32,000 nt of DNA, from contig NC_003551.1 of the NCBI RefSeq assembly GCF_000007185.1, positions 1,200,001-1,232,000 of the forward strand. Direction: 5' to 3'. The stretch is from Methanopyrus kandleri AV19 (GTDB lineage: Archaea > JAADCQ01 > Methanopyri > Methanopyrales > Methanopyraceae). How positions within the stretch are numbered: position 1 is the stretch's first letter; every line of letters begins with the position of its first letter. Under the pieces are notes generated by a model that ran no database searches, was not told the DNA's origin, and saw only the letters and a list, made by a program, of their open reading frames with translations. The position numbers and the translations under genes were made by a program. Positions 9,368 through 19,554 of this stretch are shown piece by piece.

Positions 9368-9760
9368 TTGACCTTGATGGACCCGCTCGCGGACGCGATG
9401 GCCACGATCAAGAACAACGAGATGGTAGGTAACAAGGAGTGCGTGATCGAGCCGGCATCCAAGCTCATCGGCCGCGTGCTGAAGGTAATGCAGGAGTACG
9501 GTTACATCGGTAGCTTCGAGTTCATCGACGACGGTCGCTCCGGGAAGTTCCTCGTCAAGCTGGTCGGCCGGATCAACGACTGCGGTGTGATCAAGCCCAG
9601 GCACCCGGTCAAGAAGGACGAGTGGGAGTACTGGGAGCAGCGCTACCTGCCGGCCCGAGACTTCGGTCTCCTGATCGTGACCACTCCCGAGGGCGTCATG
9701 AGCCACTACGAGGCGAAGGAGAGGGGCATCGGCGGACGGCTGCTCGCGTACGTGTACTGA
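9368..9760 (+). CDS. rps8: 30S ribosomal protein S8
   Basis: [46 protein letters not shown]... Confidence 0.95.
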   Translation: MTLMDPLADAMATIKNNEMVGNKECVIEPASKLIGRVLKVMQEYGYIGSFEFIDDGRSGKFLVKLVGRINDCGVIKPRHPVKKDEWEYWEQRYLPARDFGLLIVTTPEGVMSHYEAKERGIGGRLLAYVY

Positions 9761-9773
9761 GGGGGACCGGACC

Positions 9774-10388
9774 GTGGCGGAGGCCAAGTTCGAACCCGCG
9801 AAGGACGCCATTCCCGGCGTCATCGTGATGGAGGAACGCGTCAAGATCAAGGACGACGTCGAGATCGAGATCTCCCAGCGCGAGGACCGGCGGTACGAGG
9901 TCACCGTCAAGGGTCCGAAGGGCGAGGTCACGAAGGAGTTCTACTACCCGGACGTGTACCTCTGGGTCGAGGACGACGAGGTCGTGATCGCCGCCACGAG
10001 GTCCAACCGGCGTCAGAAGGCCATCCTAGGCATGATCAAGGCCTACATCGAGAACATGCAGAAGGGCGTCACCGAGGGCCACGAGTACAAGCTCAAGCTG
10101 GTGTACTCGCACTTCCCGCCGGAGGTCAAGGTGGATCAGAAGGAGGGCAAGGTCTACATCGAGAACTTCATGGGTGAGAACGTGCCGCGCGTCGCCGAGA
10201 TCGTGGACCCGGAGAACACCGAGGTCATTGTGCAGGGCCAGGACATCATCGTGCGTGGTATCGACAAGGAGGCTGTCGGACAGACCGCCGCGAACCTGGA
10301 GCAGGCCACGTACATCAAGGATCGGGACCCGCGTGTGTTCCAGGACGGTATCTACATCGTCGAGAAGGACGGCAAGAAGATCGTGTAA
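9774..10388 (+). CDS. rpl6: 50S ribosomal protein L6
   Basis: [34 protein letters not shown]...; 204 aa. Confidence 0.94.
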
Positions 10389-10400
10389 GGGTGAGGTGCC

Positions 10401-10796
10401 TTGGTCCGGAACCCGAACCTCTCCAAGGAGGAGGAGCGCCTGCTCAAGCTCCGGGAGGAACTCAAGCGGAAGAAGCCGAAGTTCCGCCGGCAGGAGTGGC
10501 ACCGGTACAAGAAACTGGGTGAGAAGTGGCGCCGGCCGAAGGGCCGCCACAGCAAGATGCGCAGGAAGCTCAAGAGCAAGCCGAAGATGCCGAACCCGGG
10601 GTACGGCTCCCCGAAGAAGGTCCGAGGCCTGCACCCGTCCGGGTACGAGGAGGTGCTGGTGTACAACCCGAAGGACCTGGAGAAGATCGACCCGAAGCGT
10701 CAGGCCGCGCGCATCGCCAGTCGAGTGGGTAGGAGGAAGCGCCAGGAGATCCTCGAGAAGGCCGAAGAACTGGGGATCGTCGTCCTGAACGCGTGA
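10401..10796 (+). CDS. rpl32e: 50S ribosomal protein L32e
   Basis: [59 protein letters not shown]. Confidence 0.95.
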   Translation: MVRNPNLSKEEERLLKLREELKRKKPKFRRQEWHRYKKLGEKWRRPKGRHSKMRRKLKSKPKMPNPGYGSPKKVRGLHPSGYEEVLVYNPKDLEKIDPKRQAARIASRVGRRKRQEILEKAEELGIVVLNA

Positions 10797-10812
10797 TCCG
10801 GGTTTTGTTGAC

Positions 10813-11841
10813 TCAGAGTTTCACCTCGTGCCCGTCCATGTGGACGACCACCCCGCGTCCCTCCTCCACGTGTCCCACGATCTTCGCCTCCACGTGCTTC
10901 GACACCGTGTCGACGACGTCTTCGGCCTCCTCCTCCGGGACGATCAACGCCATGCCCATTCCCATGTTGAACGTACGGTACATCTCTTCGACGGGCACGT
11001 TCCCCAGCTCCCTGATTATCTCGAACACGGGATGCGGCTCGAACGGGTCGTCCAGCACGTAGCGCACGTCGTCTCGGAGCCGCTTCAGGTTCTCCACTCC
11101 ACCCCCGGTGATGTGGGCGATTCCGCGCACCTCGTAGTCCCGCAGTACCTCCATCACGGGCCGGACGTAGATGCGCGTCGGTTCGAGGAGCTCCTCGGCC
11201 ACGGTCCTACCGTGCGGGAGCTCGTCGTGCACGTCGTACTCCGAGAGGAGGACCTTCCTAGCTAGCGTCAGGCCGTTGCTGTGGATCCCGGAGCTCCGCA
11301 GTCCCACGATCGCGTCGCCGGGTTCCACGTCCTCCCCCGTGATCGGGTCCCCCTCGACCCGACCCAGACAGGCGACCACGAGGTCGAACCCACGTCCTTC
11401 CTCCTTTCCGCGGATCACCTCCGGGAGCGTCGCCAGCTCGCCGCCGACGATCGGGGCACCCGCCTCTCGGGCTCCCTTGCCGAGTCCCTCCGCGATCTCC
11501 GCGCAGACGTCGGGGTCGGGATCCTCCATCGCCAGGTAGTCGAGGAAGGCCAGCGGCCGCGCCCCGAGGCACACCGCGTCGTTCGCGTTCATGGCTATCG
11601 CGTCGATGCCGACGGTGTCGTACCGGCCGACCAGCTGGGCGACGAGGACCTTGGACCCCACGCCGTCCACGTTGAGCGTCAGCAGTTCCCCGTGCACCTC
11701 GAGCACGGCGGCGTAGTGGCCGATGCCCTCGACCTCCCGGCAGCCCTCCGGCTCCACCTTGTACTTCTCCAGCACGTCCCGGATCGCCCGGACGGCGAAC
11801 GCCTCCTTGTCGATGTCCACTCCGGCGTCCTTGTAGGTCAT
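10813..11841 (-). CDS. purM: Phosphoribosylformylglycinamidine cyclo-ligase (AIR synthetase)
   Basis: MTYKDAGVDIDKE.., DGVGSKVLVAQ, GGELATLPE, GLRSSGIHSNGLTLAR, HITGGGVENLKR. Start placed at ATG 11841, not the 12051 start of the track ORF. Confidence 0.95.
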   Translation of the reverse strand: MTYKDAGVDIDKEAFAVRAIRDVLEKYKVEPEGCREVEGIGHYAAVLEVHGELLTLNVDGVGSKVLVAQLVGRYDTVGIDAIAMNANDAVCLGARPLAFLDYLAMEDPDPDVCAEIAEGLGKGAREAGAPIVGGELATLPEVIRGKEEGRGFDLVVACLGRVEGDPITGEDVEPGDAIVGLRSSGIHSNGLTLARKVLLSEYDVHDELPHGRTVAEELLEPTRIYVRPVMEVLRDYEVRGIAHITGGGVENLKRLRDDVRYVLDDPFEPHPVFEIIRELGNVPVEEMYRTFNMGMGMALIVPEEEAEDVVDTVSKHVEAKIVGHVEEGRGVVVHMDGHEVKL

Positions 11842-11863
11842 CTCGGACAACTCGTCGTACCCC

Positions 11864-13843
11864 CTAAGTGAGACGGAAGCACTCCAGGTTCTCGGGCGCC
11901 ATGGAAAAGACCTTCCTGACCGTGCGGCGCAGGTGGTTGGAGAAGTACTTACACGCGCGCGGCTCGCCGTGGTTCGTGAAGACCTTCGACGGCGGCGACG
12001 GACGTATCGACCGCACGTATTTGGTGAGCTCGATCTTGTCGCCGTGTCCACTGAACCCGCTCACGGTCTCGACGCGGAGCTCGATCCGTAGGGTCTCCGT
12101 CTTGCCCGTGGGCGTGGGCAGCGGGACCTCCTTGGCACCCTCCTGGATCTGCCTTCCGAGCGTGCCCTCGGCCTGGTAACCCACGAAGATCAGCGTGTTC
12201 TTGGGATCGTCGGAGAGCTCGCGCAGGTACTCCAGGATCGGGCCCCCCTCGAGCATACCCGAGGTCGAGAGGATGACCGCGGGTTCGTCGTCCTCCATGA
12301 TCGCCTGGCGGTGGTCCGAGCCCTCCACGGGCTCGAAGACTTCCGAGGTGAACGGGTCGTCGTCCTCGTGTAGGATCCTGTGCTGCAGGCGGCGGTTGAG
12401 GTACTCCGGGTACGCCGTGTGGATGGCCGTCGCCTCGTAAATCATACCGTCCAAGTACACCGGGCCCTCGAGCTCGTCCTTGCGGTGCATGTCCTCCAGG
12501 ACGAGCATGACCTCCTGGGCGCGTCCGACGGCGAAGGACGGTATGAGCACCTTACCGCCCTTCTTCAGCGTGTCCCGCACGATCTTCCTGAACCGGTTCT
12601 CCTCCTTACGACGGCTCCCGTGTCGCGAGTCACCGTAGGTGGCCTCGACGACCATCGAGTCGACCCGCTTGAACCGGTTGTCCGCGCCCTCGAGCAACCG
12701 GGACGGGGTCGGGTTGATGTCGCCCGTGTACACGAAGTTGTGGCCCTTGTCCTGGAGGAACACGTGCACGGAGGCCGATCCCAGGATGTGTCCGGCGTTG
12801 TAGAAGGTGATGCTCATGTCGGGCGTGATGTCGGTGGGCTCCCGGTAGTCGATCGTGATCGTGCGCTTGATGACCTTCTTGACGTCCTTCTCGGTGTACG
12901 GGGGCTCCTGGCCGCGCTTCTCGAGGACCTTGATGTAGTCCGTCAAGAGCAGGTACATGAGGTCGCGGGTCGGCGGCGTGCAGTAGACCGGGACCCGGCT
13001 CTCGATGACCTTGTGTCGGTAGAAGTACGGCAGGAAGCCGCAGTGGTCCAGGTGTGCGTGCGTGATCACGATCGCGTCGAGGTCGTCCATACGGAACTCC
13101 GGGACGTTGAAGTGCGGATAGGCGTCCGTACCGTTCGCGGCCACGTTCACACCGCAGTCCAGGAGCACGCGGCTCTCCTCGGTGTGTAGGAACAGTGAGG
13201 AGCGTCCGACCTCCTGGAAGCCTCCCAAGGCGCTGACCCGGGCCCACCGTGACTCGGTGCCGCGGCTCCGCGTTCGACCGCAGAAGATCCGGGCGCTGAC
13301 GTTCCTCAGGAACTTGCGGCGCGAGTCGTCCGAGAGTATCAGTCGGCGTGTCGTGTTCACGGTCTTCGACGGGATCGGTGGTTGCCTGTAGATCCGCGGT
13401 ACCCAGCCGGTATCCCGGGAGATCCTGTGCACGTTCTTCCCGCGCTTGCCGATCACCAGTCCGGGTTTCTTCGAGAAGATCACTACCTCTCCGGTGTCCA
13501 GGAACAGCAGGTCCCGTTCGCTGACCCCGGCCTCCTCCGGGATGATCTTCAGGATGACCTTCTTGGCCTCCTTGGCCGGGGAGAGCGCGGCGGGATTAGG
13601 TCTTATCTTGACACGTTTCCTCAGGGCTTTAGCCAATCTCGTGACCAGGTCCGAATCGTCCTTGACGAAGGAGTGCGGTGAGTTGGTGTACAGGACGACC
13701 TCGGGACCTTCGAAGTCTACGTCGGTCACGACGACGTCCGAAGGCAGCACTTCCTCGACTCTCTCCATGACCTTCTTTTTGACCTCTTCCAACGTCTTTT
13801 CGCCGCCTCTTCGCTCGCTCAACGCATCCGCCCCTGGCTTCAC
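11864..13843 (-). CDS. aCPSF1/FttA-type KH-domain beta-CASP metallo-beta-lactamase ribonuclease (transcription termination/RNA 3'-end factor)
   Basis: 659 aa; N-terminal KH region (PGLVIGKRGKNVHRISRDTGW), ITHAHLDHCGFLPYFYR (HxHxDH), GHILGSASVHV, GFQAEGTLGRQI-like GYQAEGTLGRQIQEG, FSGHGDKIEL. Confidence 0.94.
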   Translation of the reverse strand: MKPGADALSERRGGEKTLEEVKKKVMERVEEVLPSDVVVTDVDFEGPEVVLYTNSPHSFVKDDSDLVTRLAKALRKRVKIRPNPAALSPAKEAKKVILKIIPEEAGVSERDLLFLDTGEVVIFSKKPGLVIGKRGKNVHRISRDTGWVPRIYRQPPIPSKTVNTTRRLILSDDSRRKFLRNVSARIFCGRTRSRGTESRWARVSALGGFQEVGRSSLFLHTEESRVLLDCGVNVAANGTDAYPHFNVPEFRMDDLDAIVITHAHLDHCGFLPYFYRHKVIESRVPVYCTPPTRDLMYLLLTDYIKVLEKRGQEPPYTEKDVKKVIKRTITIDYREPTDITPDMSITFYNAGHILGSASVHVFLQDKGHNFVYTGDINPTPSRLLEGADNRFKRVDSMVVEATYGDSRHGSRRKEENRFRKIVRDTLKKGGKVLIPSFAVGRAQEVMLVLEDMHRKDELEGPVYLDGMIYEATAIHTAYPEYLNRRLQHRILHEDDDPFTSEVFEPVEGSDHRQAIMEDDEPAVILSTSGMLEGGPILEYLRELSDDPKNTLIFVGYQAEGTLGRQIQEGAKEVPLPTPTGKTETLRIELRVETVSGFSGHGDKIELTKYVRSIRPSPPSKVFTNHGEPRACKYFSNHLRRTVRKVFSMAPENLECFRLT

Positions 13844-13887
13844 CGGTGATCACCGGGGTCGATTGTCCGGGGGAGGGGGCTGAGGGA

Positions 13888-14547
13888 TCACGAGAGGAGC
13901 TTCTCCACCTCCTCCTCGGGTAGCTCTCGGTACCCCTCCTCCCGGGTGATGGTTACCACGGTCACCCCCTCACCGGTACCGGTATCGCGTTCGAGCGCGG
14001 ATTTCACGGCCCGGACGGCCACCTCGATCGCGTCGTCCAACGACATCCCTTCCTCGTACTCGGCCTCCAGCACACCGTAGGCCGTCGGAGAGCCAGAACC
14101 CGTGGCCGTGTAGTCCTCCTCGATGATCGATCCGCTGGGGTCCAGGTTGTACAGCGCCGGATCGTCGTCGTTGAACCCGCCCACGATGAGTTGCACGAGG
14201 TACGGGCGGAACGCCTTGAGGCTCGAGTGCAGCACGTGCGAGATCATGTTGGCCAGCGCCCTGGCGCTGATCATCCGGTTGTGCCTCAGCTCGTACAGTC
14301 TGGCCTCCGCCCGCATGAGGTCGACGATCTTCTGGGCGTCGGCCACCGAGCCGGCCGTGGTCACGCCGATGTAGTCGTGGATGCGGAAGATTTTCTTCAC
14401 CTGCTTGCCCGCGATCAGGTTGCCCATCACGGCTCGCCGGTCGGCGGCCAACACGACCCCTTTATCGGCCAGTATGCCGACGGTCGTGGTTCCCTTAGTG
14501 AGCTGGTCCAGCTCCTTCATCACGTCACTCAACTGCAAACCGGACAA
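13888..14547 (-). CDS. psmB: Proteasome subunit beta
   Basis: Propeptide followed by G/TTTVGILADKGVVLAADRRAVMGN; GSGSPTAYGVLEAEY. Confidence 0.95.
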   Translation of the reverse strand: MSGLQLSDVMKELDQLTKGTTTVGILADKGVVLAADRRAVMGNLIAGKQVKKIFRIHDYIGVTTAGSVADAQKIVDLMRAEARLYELRHNRMISARALANMISHVLHSSLKAFRPYLVQLIVGGFNDDDPALYNLDPSGSIIEEDYTATGSGSPTAYGVLEAEYEEGMSLDDAIEVAVRAVKSALERDTGTGEGVTVVTITREEGYRELPEEEVEKLLS

Positions 14548-14562
14548 CCCCTGATTCCAGTT

Positions 14563-15966
14563 TCAGTACGTTTTCGCGATACGGACGGTGTACTCGGCTG
14601 TTTCACCACAGATCGGACACCTTTCGAATTCGGTGTCTTCTTCGGGGTACGGCGTACCGAGAACGTCTCCACCAAACTCCTCCTCCATACGTACACCGCA
14701 GCGCTCGGAACCGCACCAACCGGTCTCGACGATCCCCTCACCAACCAGTCTTCGTGCTTCCTCCGGGGAGTCCGTTCGGAATATACCCTTTTCGAACTTC
14801 TCGCGGGCTCGCTTCCGCAGCTCCATCGCGATGTCTTCCAGCAGCTCAGGGACGACGTCGGGCAGTTCTTCGAACGCGTACGTCTCGCGCTCGAGCTCGT
14901 CCCTCCGGAAGACTACCGCGGTACCCTCCTCGAGTTCCCGGGCTCCGAGCTCGATACGCAGCGGGACACCCTTCAGCTCCCAGTAATGGAACTTGCGTCC
15001 CGGGCTCATGTCGCGGTCGTCCACCTTGACCCGGACTCCCTCCTCCCGCAGCATCTCCTCGACCTCCGCGGCACGTTCCAGGATCTTCCGCCGGACTCCC
15101 TTCTTCAGTATGGGGACCATCACAACCTGGTACGGAGCCACGTCCGGCGGTAGCACCAGGCCGCGCTCGTCCCCGTGTATGGCTATCATCGAGGCCACCA
15201 CTCGGTCCGATATACCGTAGCAGGTCATGTACACGTACTCCTGGTCACCCTCCTCCGTCTCGTAGGTGACCTCGAACGTTCTCGCGAAGTTCTGGCCGAG
15301 CATGTGGACGGTACCGATCTGCAGCGTCCGACCGTCCGGCATCAGCGTGTCGAAGGCCACCGTGTACTCGGCGCCCGGGAACTTGTCCCACTCCGGTCGC
15401 ACCGACGCGATGTACGGGATCCCGAGCTCGTCGAAGAACGACGAGTAGATCTCCACCGCCTCCTTGACTTGCTCCTCCGCCTCCTCCTCGGTCGCGTGGG
15501 CTGTGTGGGCTTCCTTGAACGTGGTGATCTCCCGCATCCGGATCAGCGGTCGGGTGTGCTTCGTCTCGTACCGGAAGGTGTTCACGATCTGGAATATCTT
15601 GAGCGGTAGGTCGGCGTGTGACCTGATCCACAGCGCGAACATCGGGTAGATCGCCGTCTCGCTGGTCGGCCGCAGCGCCAGCTTCTCGTCGAGCTCCTTG
15701 AGACCCCCGTGGGTCACCCAGTACACCTCGTCCTCGAACCCTGCTATGTGCTCGGATTCCTTCTTCAGCTGGGTCTCCGGAATCAGCGTCGGGAACAGTA
15801 CTTCCTCGTGCCCGGTCTCCCTCAGCTTGCGCCTCAGCTTCTCGACTACCCGCTGTCGGATCTCGAACCCATACGGTAGCCACACGTACATACCCTTAAC
15901 GGGGTACCTCACGTCCATTATCTCCGCGCTGCGCAAGACCTCCGCGTACCACTCCGAGAACTCCAA
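14563..15966 (-). CDS. proS: Prolyl-tRNA synthetase, archaeal/eukaryotic type
   Basis: [71 protein letters not shown]. Confidence 0.96.
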   Translation of the reverse strand: MEFSEWYAEVLRSAEIMDVRYPVKGMYVWLPYGFEIRQRVVEKLRRKLRETGHEEVLFPTLIPETQLKKESEHIAGFEDEVYWVTHGGLKELDEKLALRPTSETAIYPMFALWIRSHADLPLKIFQIVNTFRYETKHTRPLIRMREITTFKEAHTAHATEEEAEEQVKEAVEIYSSFFDELGIPYIASVRPEWDKFPGAEYTVAFDTLMPDGRTLQIGTVHMLGQNFARTFEVTYETEEGDQEYVYMTCYGISDRVVASMIAIHGDERGLVLPPDVAPYQVVMVPILKKGVRRKILERAAEVEEMLREEGVRVKVDDRDMSPGRKFHYWELKGVPLRIELGARELEEGTAVVFRRDELERETYAFEELPDVVPELLEDIAMELRKRAREKFEKGIFRTDSPEEARRLVGEGIVETGWCGSERCGVRMEEEFGGDVLGTPYPEEDTEFERCPICGETAEYTVRIAKTY

Positions 15967-15993
15967 TCGATCACCCCTCGGGGTCGACGGAAG

Positions 15994-17055
15994 TTGAGCG
16001 TTCCCAAGAAACGCATGCAGCTCCCGAGAGAGGTCGTCGTGGGTTCGAACGTGCTCCCCGAAGTTCCGAAGCTCCTACGTAGCGTCGGAGTACCGGACGG
16101 AGTCGTCGCGGTGTTCTCCGGGCGAACTACCATGAAGATCGCGGGGAACGAGGTCGCCGACCACCTCGAGGAAGCCGGGTACCAGACGTCACCGGTGATC
16201 GTCAAGGGGTCGACCGGGGACGACGTGAAAAAAGCTTTGGAGGCGCTGGACGAGATCGACGCGGACGTGGTAGCCGCGGTGGGCGGCGGTAAGGTCATCG
16301 ACGTGGCGAAGGTGGCGTCGTACCGTCGGGGTATCCCGTTCATCAGCGTCCCCACATCCGCCTCCCACGACGGCATCGCATCACCGTTCGCCTCCATCCG
16401 CCGGGAGGGACGGCCGTACTCCGAGCCCGCCCAGGCTCCACTGGCCATCCTGGCGGACATAGAGGTCATCCGAGAGGCCCCGGAGCGCCTCATCCGCGCC
16501 GGGGTCGGGGACGTCGTCTCCAACGTGACGGCGGTGAAGGACTGGCGACTGGCGCACCGGCTCAGGAACGAGCCCTACAGCGAGTACGCGTCCTCCCTAT
16601 CGCTGATGGCGGCCCGGATCGTGATGAAGAACGCGAAACCCATCGGCAAGCTCCTCCCGGAAGGCATCAAGAAGCTGGTTCAAGCGCTCATCAGCGGCGG
16701 GGTGGCTATGAGTATCGCGGGCTCCTCCCGACCGTGCAGCGGGTCGGAGCACCTCTTCAGCCATGCCCTGGACGTGATCGCGGAACGTCCGGCGCTTCAC
16801 GGCGAGCAGTGCGGGGTCGGCACCATCATCATGGAGTACCTGCACGGGGGCAACTGGCGGGAAATCCGTGAGACGCTCGAAACGGCGGGCGCACCTACCA
16901 CGGCCGAGGACCTAGGGGTAAGTGACGAGGAGATCATCGAAGCGCTCTGCCGGGCGCACAAGATACGTCCGGACCGGTACACCATCTTGGGGGATAAAGG
17001 ACTGACGCGCGAGGCCGCGGAGAGGGCGGCCGAGGAGACGGGCGTCATTCAGTGA
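15994..17055 (+). CDS. egsA: sn-glycerol-1-phosphate dehydrogenase
   Basis: [42 protein letters not shown]; TTG start. Confidence 0.93.
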
Positions 17056-17713
17056 ACCGCTCTTCGAACACGACCTCTTCCACGGCGTCGTCGTACTCTA
17101 TCATCAGCTTCGCGAACCTCTGCTTCGCCCGGGCCCACGCCGGATTGGCGGCGTCGTCGCCTTCCACCCTGACGCGCAGCGTGTTCCCGTCCAGCTCCAG
17201 CTCCGCGTCGACGGATGGCACCATCGTCTCCAGCAGGCCCTCCGCCCGCTCCACCGTGTCCTCCAGTACGTCCACGACTTCCACCTCGTACACCAGCGCT
17301 TTACCCGCCAGCGGGTGGTTGAAGTCGACCCTCACCCGTCCACCGTCGACGCTGAGCACGCGACCGCGCCGGCCGTCGGGACTTACGACGGTATCCCCGG
17401 GCTTCACGCTCCCCCTGAACTCGGACTCACGGTACGTCCGGACCAGCGATGGGTCACGCTCCCCGAAGGCCTTCTCCGGGGGCACCTCGACCTCCAACTC
17501 GTCCCCTGGTTCCGCGCCCACCAGTGCCTCCTCAACCGGTTCCCATACCATTCCGGCTCCGACCACGACCACCACCGGGCCGGACTCGACGTTCAGATCG
17601 TGCTCTTCCGCGACCTCCTTCCGTGTGGTGTCGATTACCTCGTCGGTGTCCTTCACGCGTCCCGTGTAGTGGATCTTCACGAAGTCACCCTTCTCAACGG
17701 CCACGACGATCAA
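17045..17713 (-). CDS. FKBP-type peptidyl-prolyl cis-trans isomerase (archaeal long type)
   Basis: [22 protein letters not shown]...[44 protein letters not shown]. Confidence 0.9.
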
Positions 17714-18621
17714 CCCCTCAGCATCGCGTTCACGAGTAGTTCGACGGCTTCTTCCTCCGAGAGACCTCGGGACATCAGGGTCTCGACCTCCTTCTTCTCC
17801 ACGGTACCCAGGGCGGCCTCGTGCGTCAACCGGGCGCCTGGGTGGACCACCCGCAGCTTGGGAACGCTGACGACCTTCCCACCTCCTTTAATGATCTCCG
17901 AGCACTCTACGTGACCGCGGGCGCCGTCCGCCTCCCCTGAGATCTCACCGACCAGCTCGACGAACGCGCCGTCGATCGCCGCCGCCTTGAAGTCCAGGAG
18001 GGTCCGCGCGTCCTCCCCGGTCAACCTGACGCTCTCCACTGCCCGGACGCGATCCTCCCCGACGGCCCTCAGCCTCGCCACTCCCTCCATGGTGGCCCGC
18101 TCCTCGACGCGGGCGCCCATCTCCCACTCCAGCTCGCCGACCCGACCCTCCGTGAGCCTGAACTCGGTCACGAAGGACGCCTCGGGCTTCACGGACACGT
18201 CGTACTTGGCCTTCAGCCGTACGCCTCCCTCCCCGTGGTAGTGCACGTCCGTAACCTTCACGTCCGCGCCCTCACCGATCTCGAACTCGGCTTCCATCTC
18301 GTGCACGACGTCGCGCGCTCTCGGGAACGAACAGTGGGACATCAGCTGTATCTTCGCCTCTGGCTCCACGATCAGCCTCGTCACGATCCGCTGGACTCCC
18401 TCCGGCCATGGAACCCCCACGCACATGTGGATGGGTTCGTCGAACTCGTACCCCTCCTTCACCACGAGCTCGGCGACGACGGTGTCGTCTTCCTCCTCGG
18501 CGTTGAGCTCGAGGCCCTCCGCCCCCTGCACGTTCACGACCTTGTTCTCGATGATCACGATCCGCGGCGTGTCCGGACCCGCGTGATAACCCGTAGGCTT
18601 GAACACCTCCTCGGGGCTCAC
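17710..18621 (-). CDS. sufB: Fe-S cluster assembly scaffold SufB/SufD family (minimal archaeal SUF)
   Basis: SGEADGARGHVECSEIIKGGGKVVSVPKLRVVHPGARLTHEAALGTVEKKEVETLMSRGLSEEEAVELLVNAML. Start set at the GTG (18619-18621) overlapping the sufC TGA; the track ORF extends to 18660. Confidence 0.9.
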   Translation of the reverse strand: MSPEEVFKPTGYHAGPDTPRIVIIENKVVNVQGAEGLELNAEEEDDTVVAELVVKEGYEFDEPIHMCVGVPWPEGVQRIVTRLIVEPEAKIQLMSHCSFPRARDVVHEMEAEFEIGEGADVKVTDVHYHGEGGVRLKAKYDVSVKPEASFVTEFRLTEGRVGELEWEMGARVEERATMEGVARLRAVGEDRVRAVESVRLTGEDARTLLDFKAAAIDGAFVELVGEISGEADGARGHVECSEIIKGGGKVVSVPKLRVVHPGARLTHEAALGTVEKKEVETLMSRGLSEEEAVELLVNAMLRG

Positions 18622-19331
18622 TCCGCCCCGCACACCAGGCCACCCCCGCACATCAGGCACTTGAGCACCACGTCCTTCGGGTCCCCTTCATCGACGATCT
18701 TACCGTCCATCATCAGGTAGGCCCTGTCACCGACCTGCTCCGCCAGGTCGCGGTTGTGCGTGATCAGCAGCACGGCGGAGCCTTCCTCCCTCATGGTCTC
18801 GATGACCTTCGCCAGATCCTCCATCGACGACATGTCCAGTCCCGCGTCCGGCTCGTCCAAGATCACCAGGTCCGGTCTCATCGCCATCACAGCGGCCAGT
18901 TCGACGCGCTTCCGCTCGCCTCCGCTCAGGTTCTCACCGCACTCGCGGTCCCAGTACTCCTCCGGGTCGAGACCGACGATCCGAAGGCACCGTCGCGCCC
19001 AGTCCTCATCGTCGGTGCAGACGGACAGGTACTCGCCCACGGTCAGGCCCTCGAACCTCGCGGGCTCCTGCCAGGACATTGTCAGTCCCATCCTCGCCCG
19101 CTCGTACATGGGGAGGTCGGTGATATCCCGACCCTTGAACCGGACCTCTCCCTCGACGACCTCGTATCCCGAGCACCCCACGATGGTCTTCGCCAGCGTG
19201 CTCTTCCCCGACCCATTGGGACCGATCAGGTCGACGATCTCGCCCTCGTCGACGGTCAGGGAGGCACCTCGAACGATCTCCGTTCCGTCCTCGGATTCCA
19301 CCCGCAGGTCTTTAACCTCGAGCAGAGCCAA
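18618..19331 (-). CDS. sufC: Fe-S cluster assembly ATPase SufC
   Basis: IGPNGSGKSTLAKTIVG, LSGGERKRVELAAVMAMRPDLVILDEPDAGLD; C-terminal tail KCLMCGGGLVCGAE. TTG start. Confidence 0.94.
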   Translation of the reverse strand: MALLEVKDLRVESEDGTEIVRGASLTVDEGEIVDLIGPNGSGKSTLAKTIVGCSGYEVVEGEVRFKGRDITDLPMYERARMGLTMSWQEPARFEGLTVGEYLSVCTDDEDWARRCLRIVGLDPEEYWDRECGENLSGGERKRVELAAVMAMRPDLVILDEPDAGLDMSSMEDLAKVIETMREEGSAVLLITHNRDLAEQVGDRAYLMMDGKIVDEGDPKDVVLKCLMCGGGLVCGAE

Positions 19332-19334
19332 CGT

Positions 19335-19455
19335 CTAGGGCCCCCGTACGCCCGCGACCCGGGCCCTAGGAAGCGCTTCGCGCCGCCGATGAGGGCCCGG
19401 CCCAACGGCCCGGGACATCACCGGGCCGACCGGCCAGGTGGGATGAGGCCACCTG
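19335..19455 (-). promoter_or_regulatory. Candidate structured 5' leader of sufC: three perfect-arm hairpins
   Basis: Hairpin 1: CTAGGGCCC (19335-19343) / GGGCCCTAG (19361-19369). Hairpin 2: CGGCCCGG (19406-19413) / CCGGGCCG (19421-19428). Hairpin 3: CAGGTGG (19435-19441) / CCACCTG (19449-19455). Hairpin 1 ends 3 nt before the sufC TTG. Confidence 0.45.
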
Positions 19456-19554
19456 CCGACACCCGGGCACAGGGGGTCTCACACCTTTACAGTTACTACG
19501 CTTCCTCATTCGAAAATCGTAGAACAATAAAGGATCTCCACCGGGGCTTTCCCG

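Noticed and set aside
12380-13189. 269-aa plus-strand ORF opposite aCPSF1
   Set aside because: Antisense to conserved beta-CASP catalytic motifs; composition is artefactual.
14191-15153. 320-aa plus-strand ORF spanning psmB and proS on the opposite strand
   Set aside because: Spans two conserved genes in antisense, so not a real gene.
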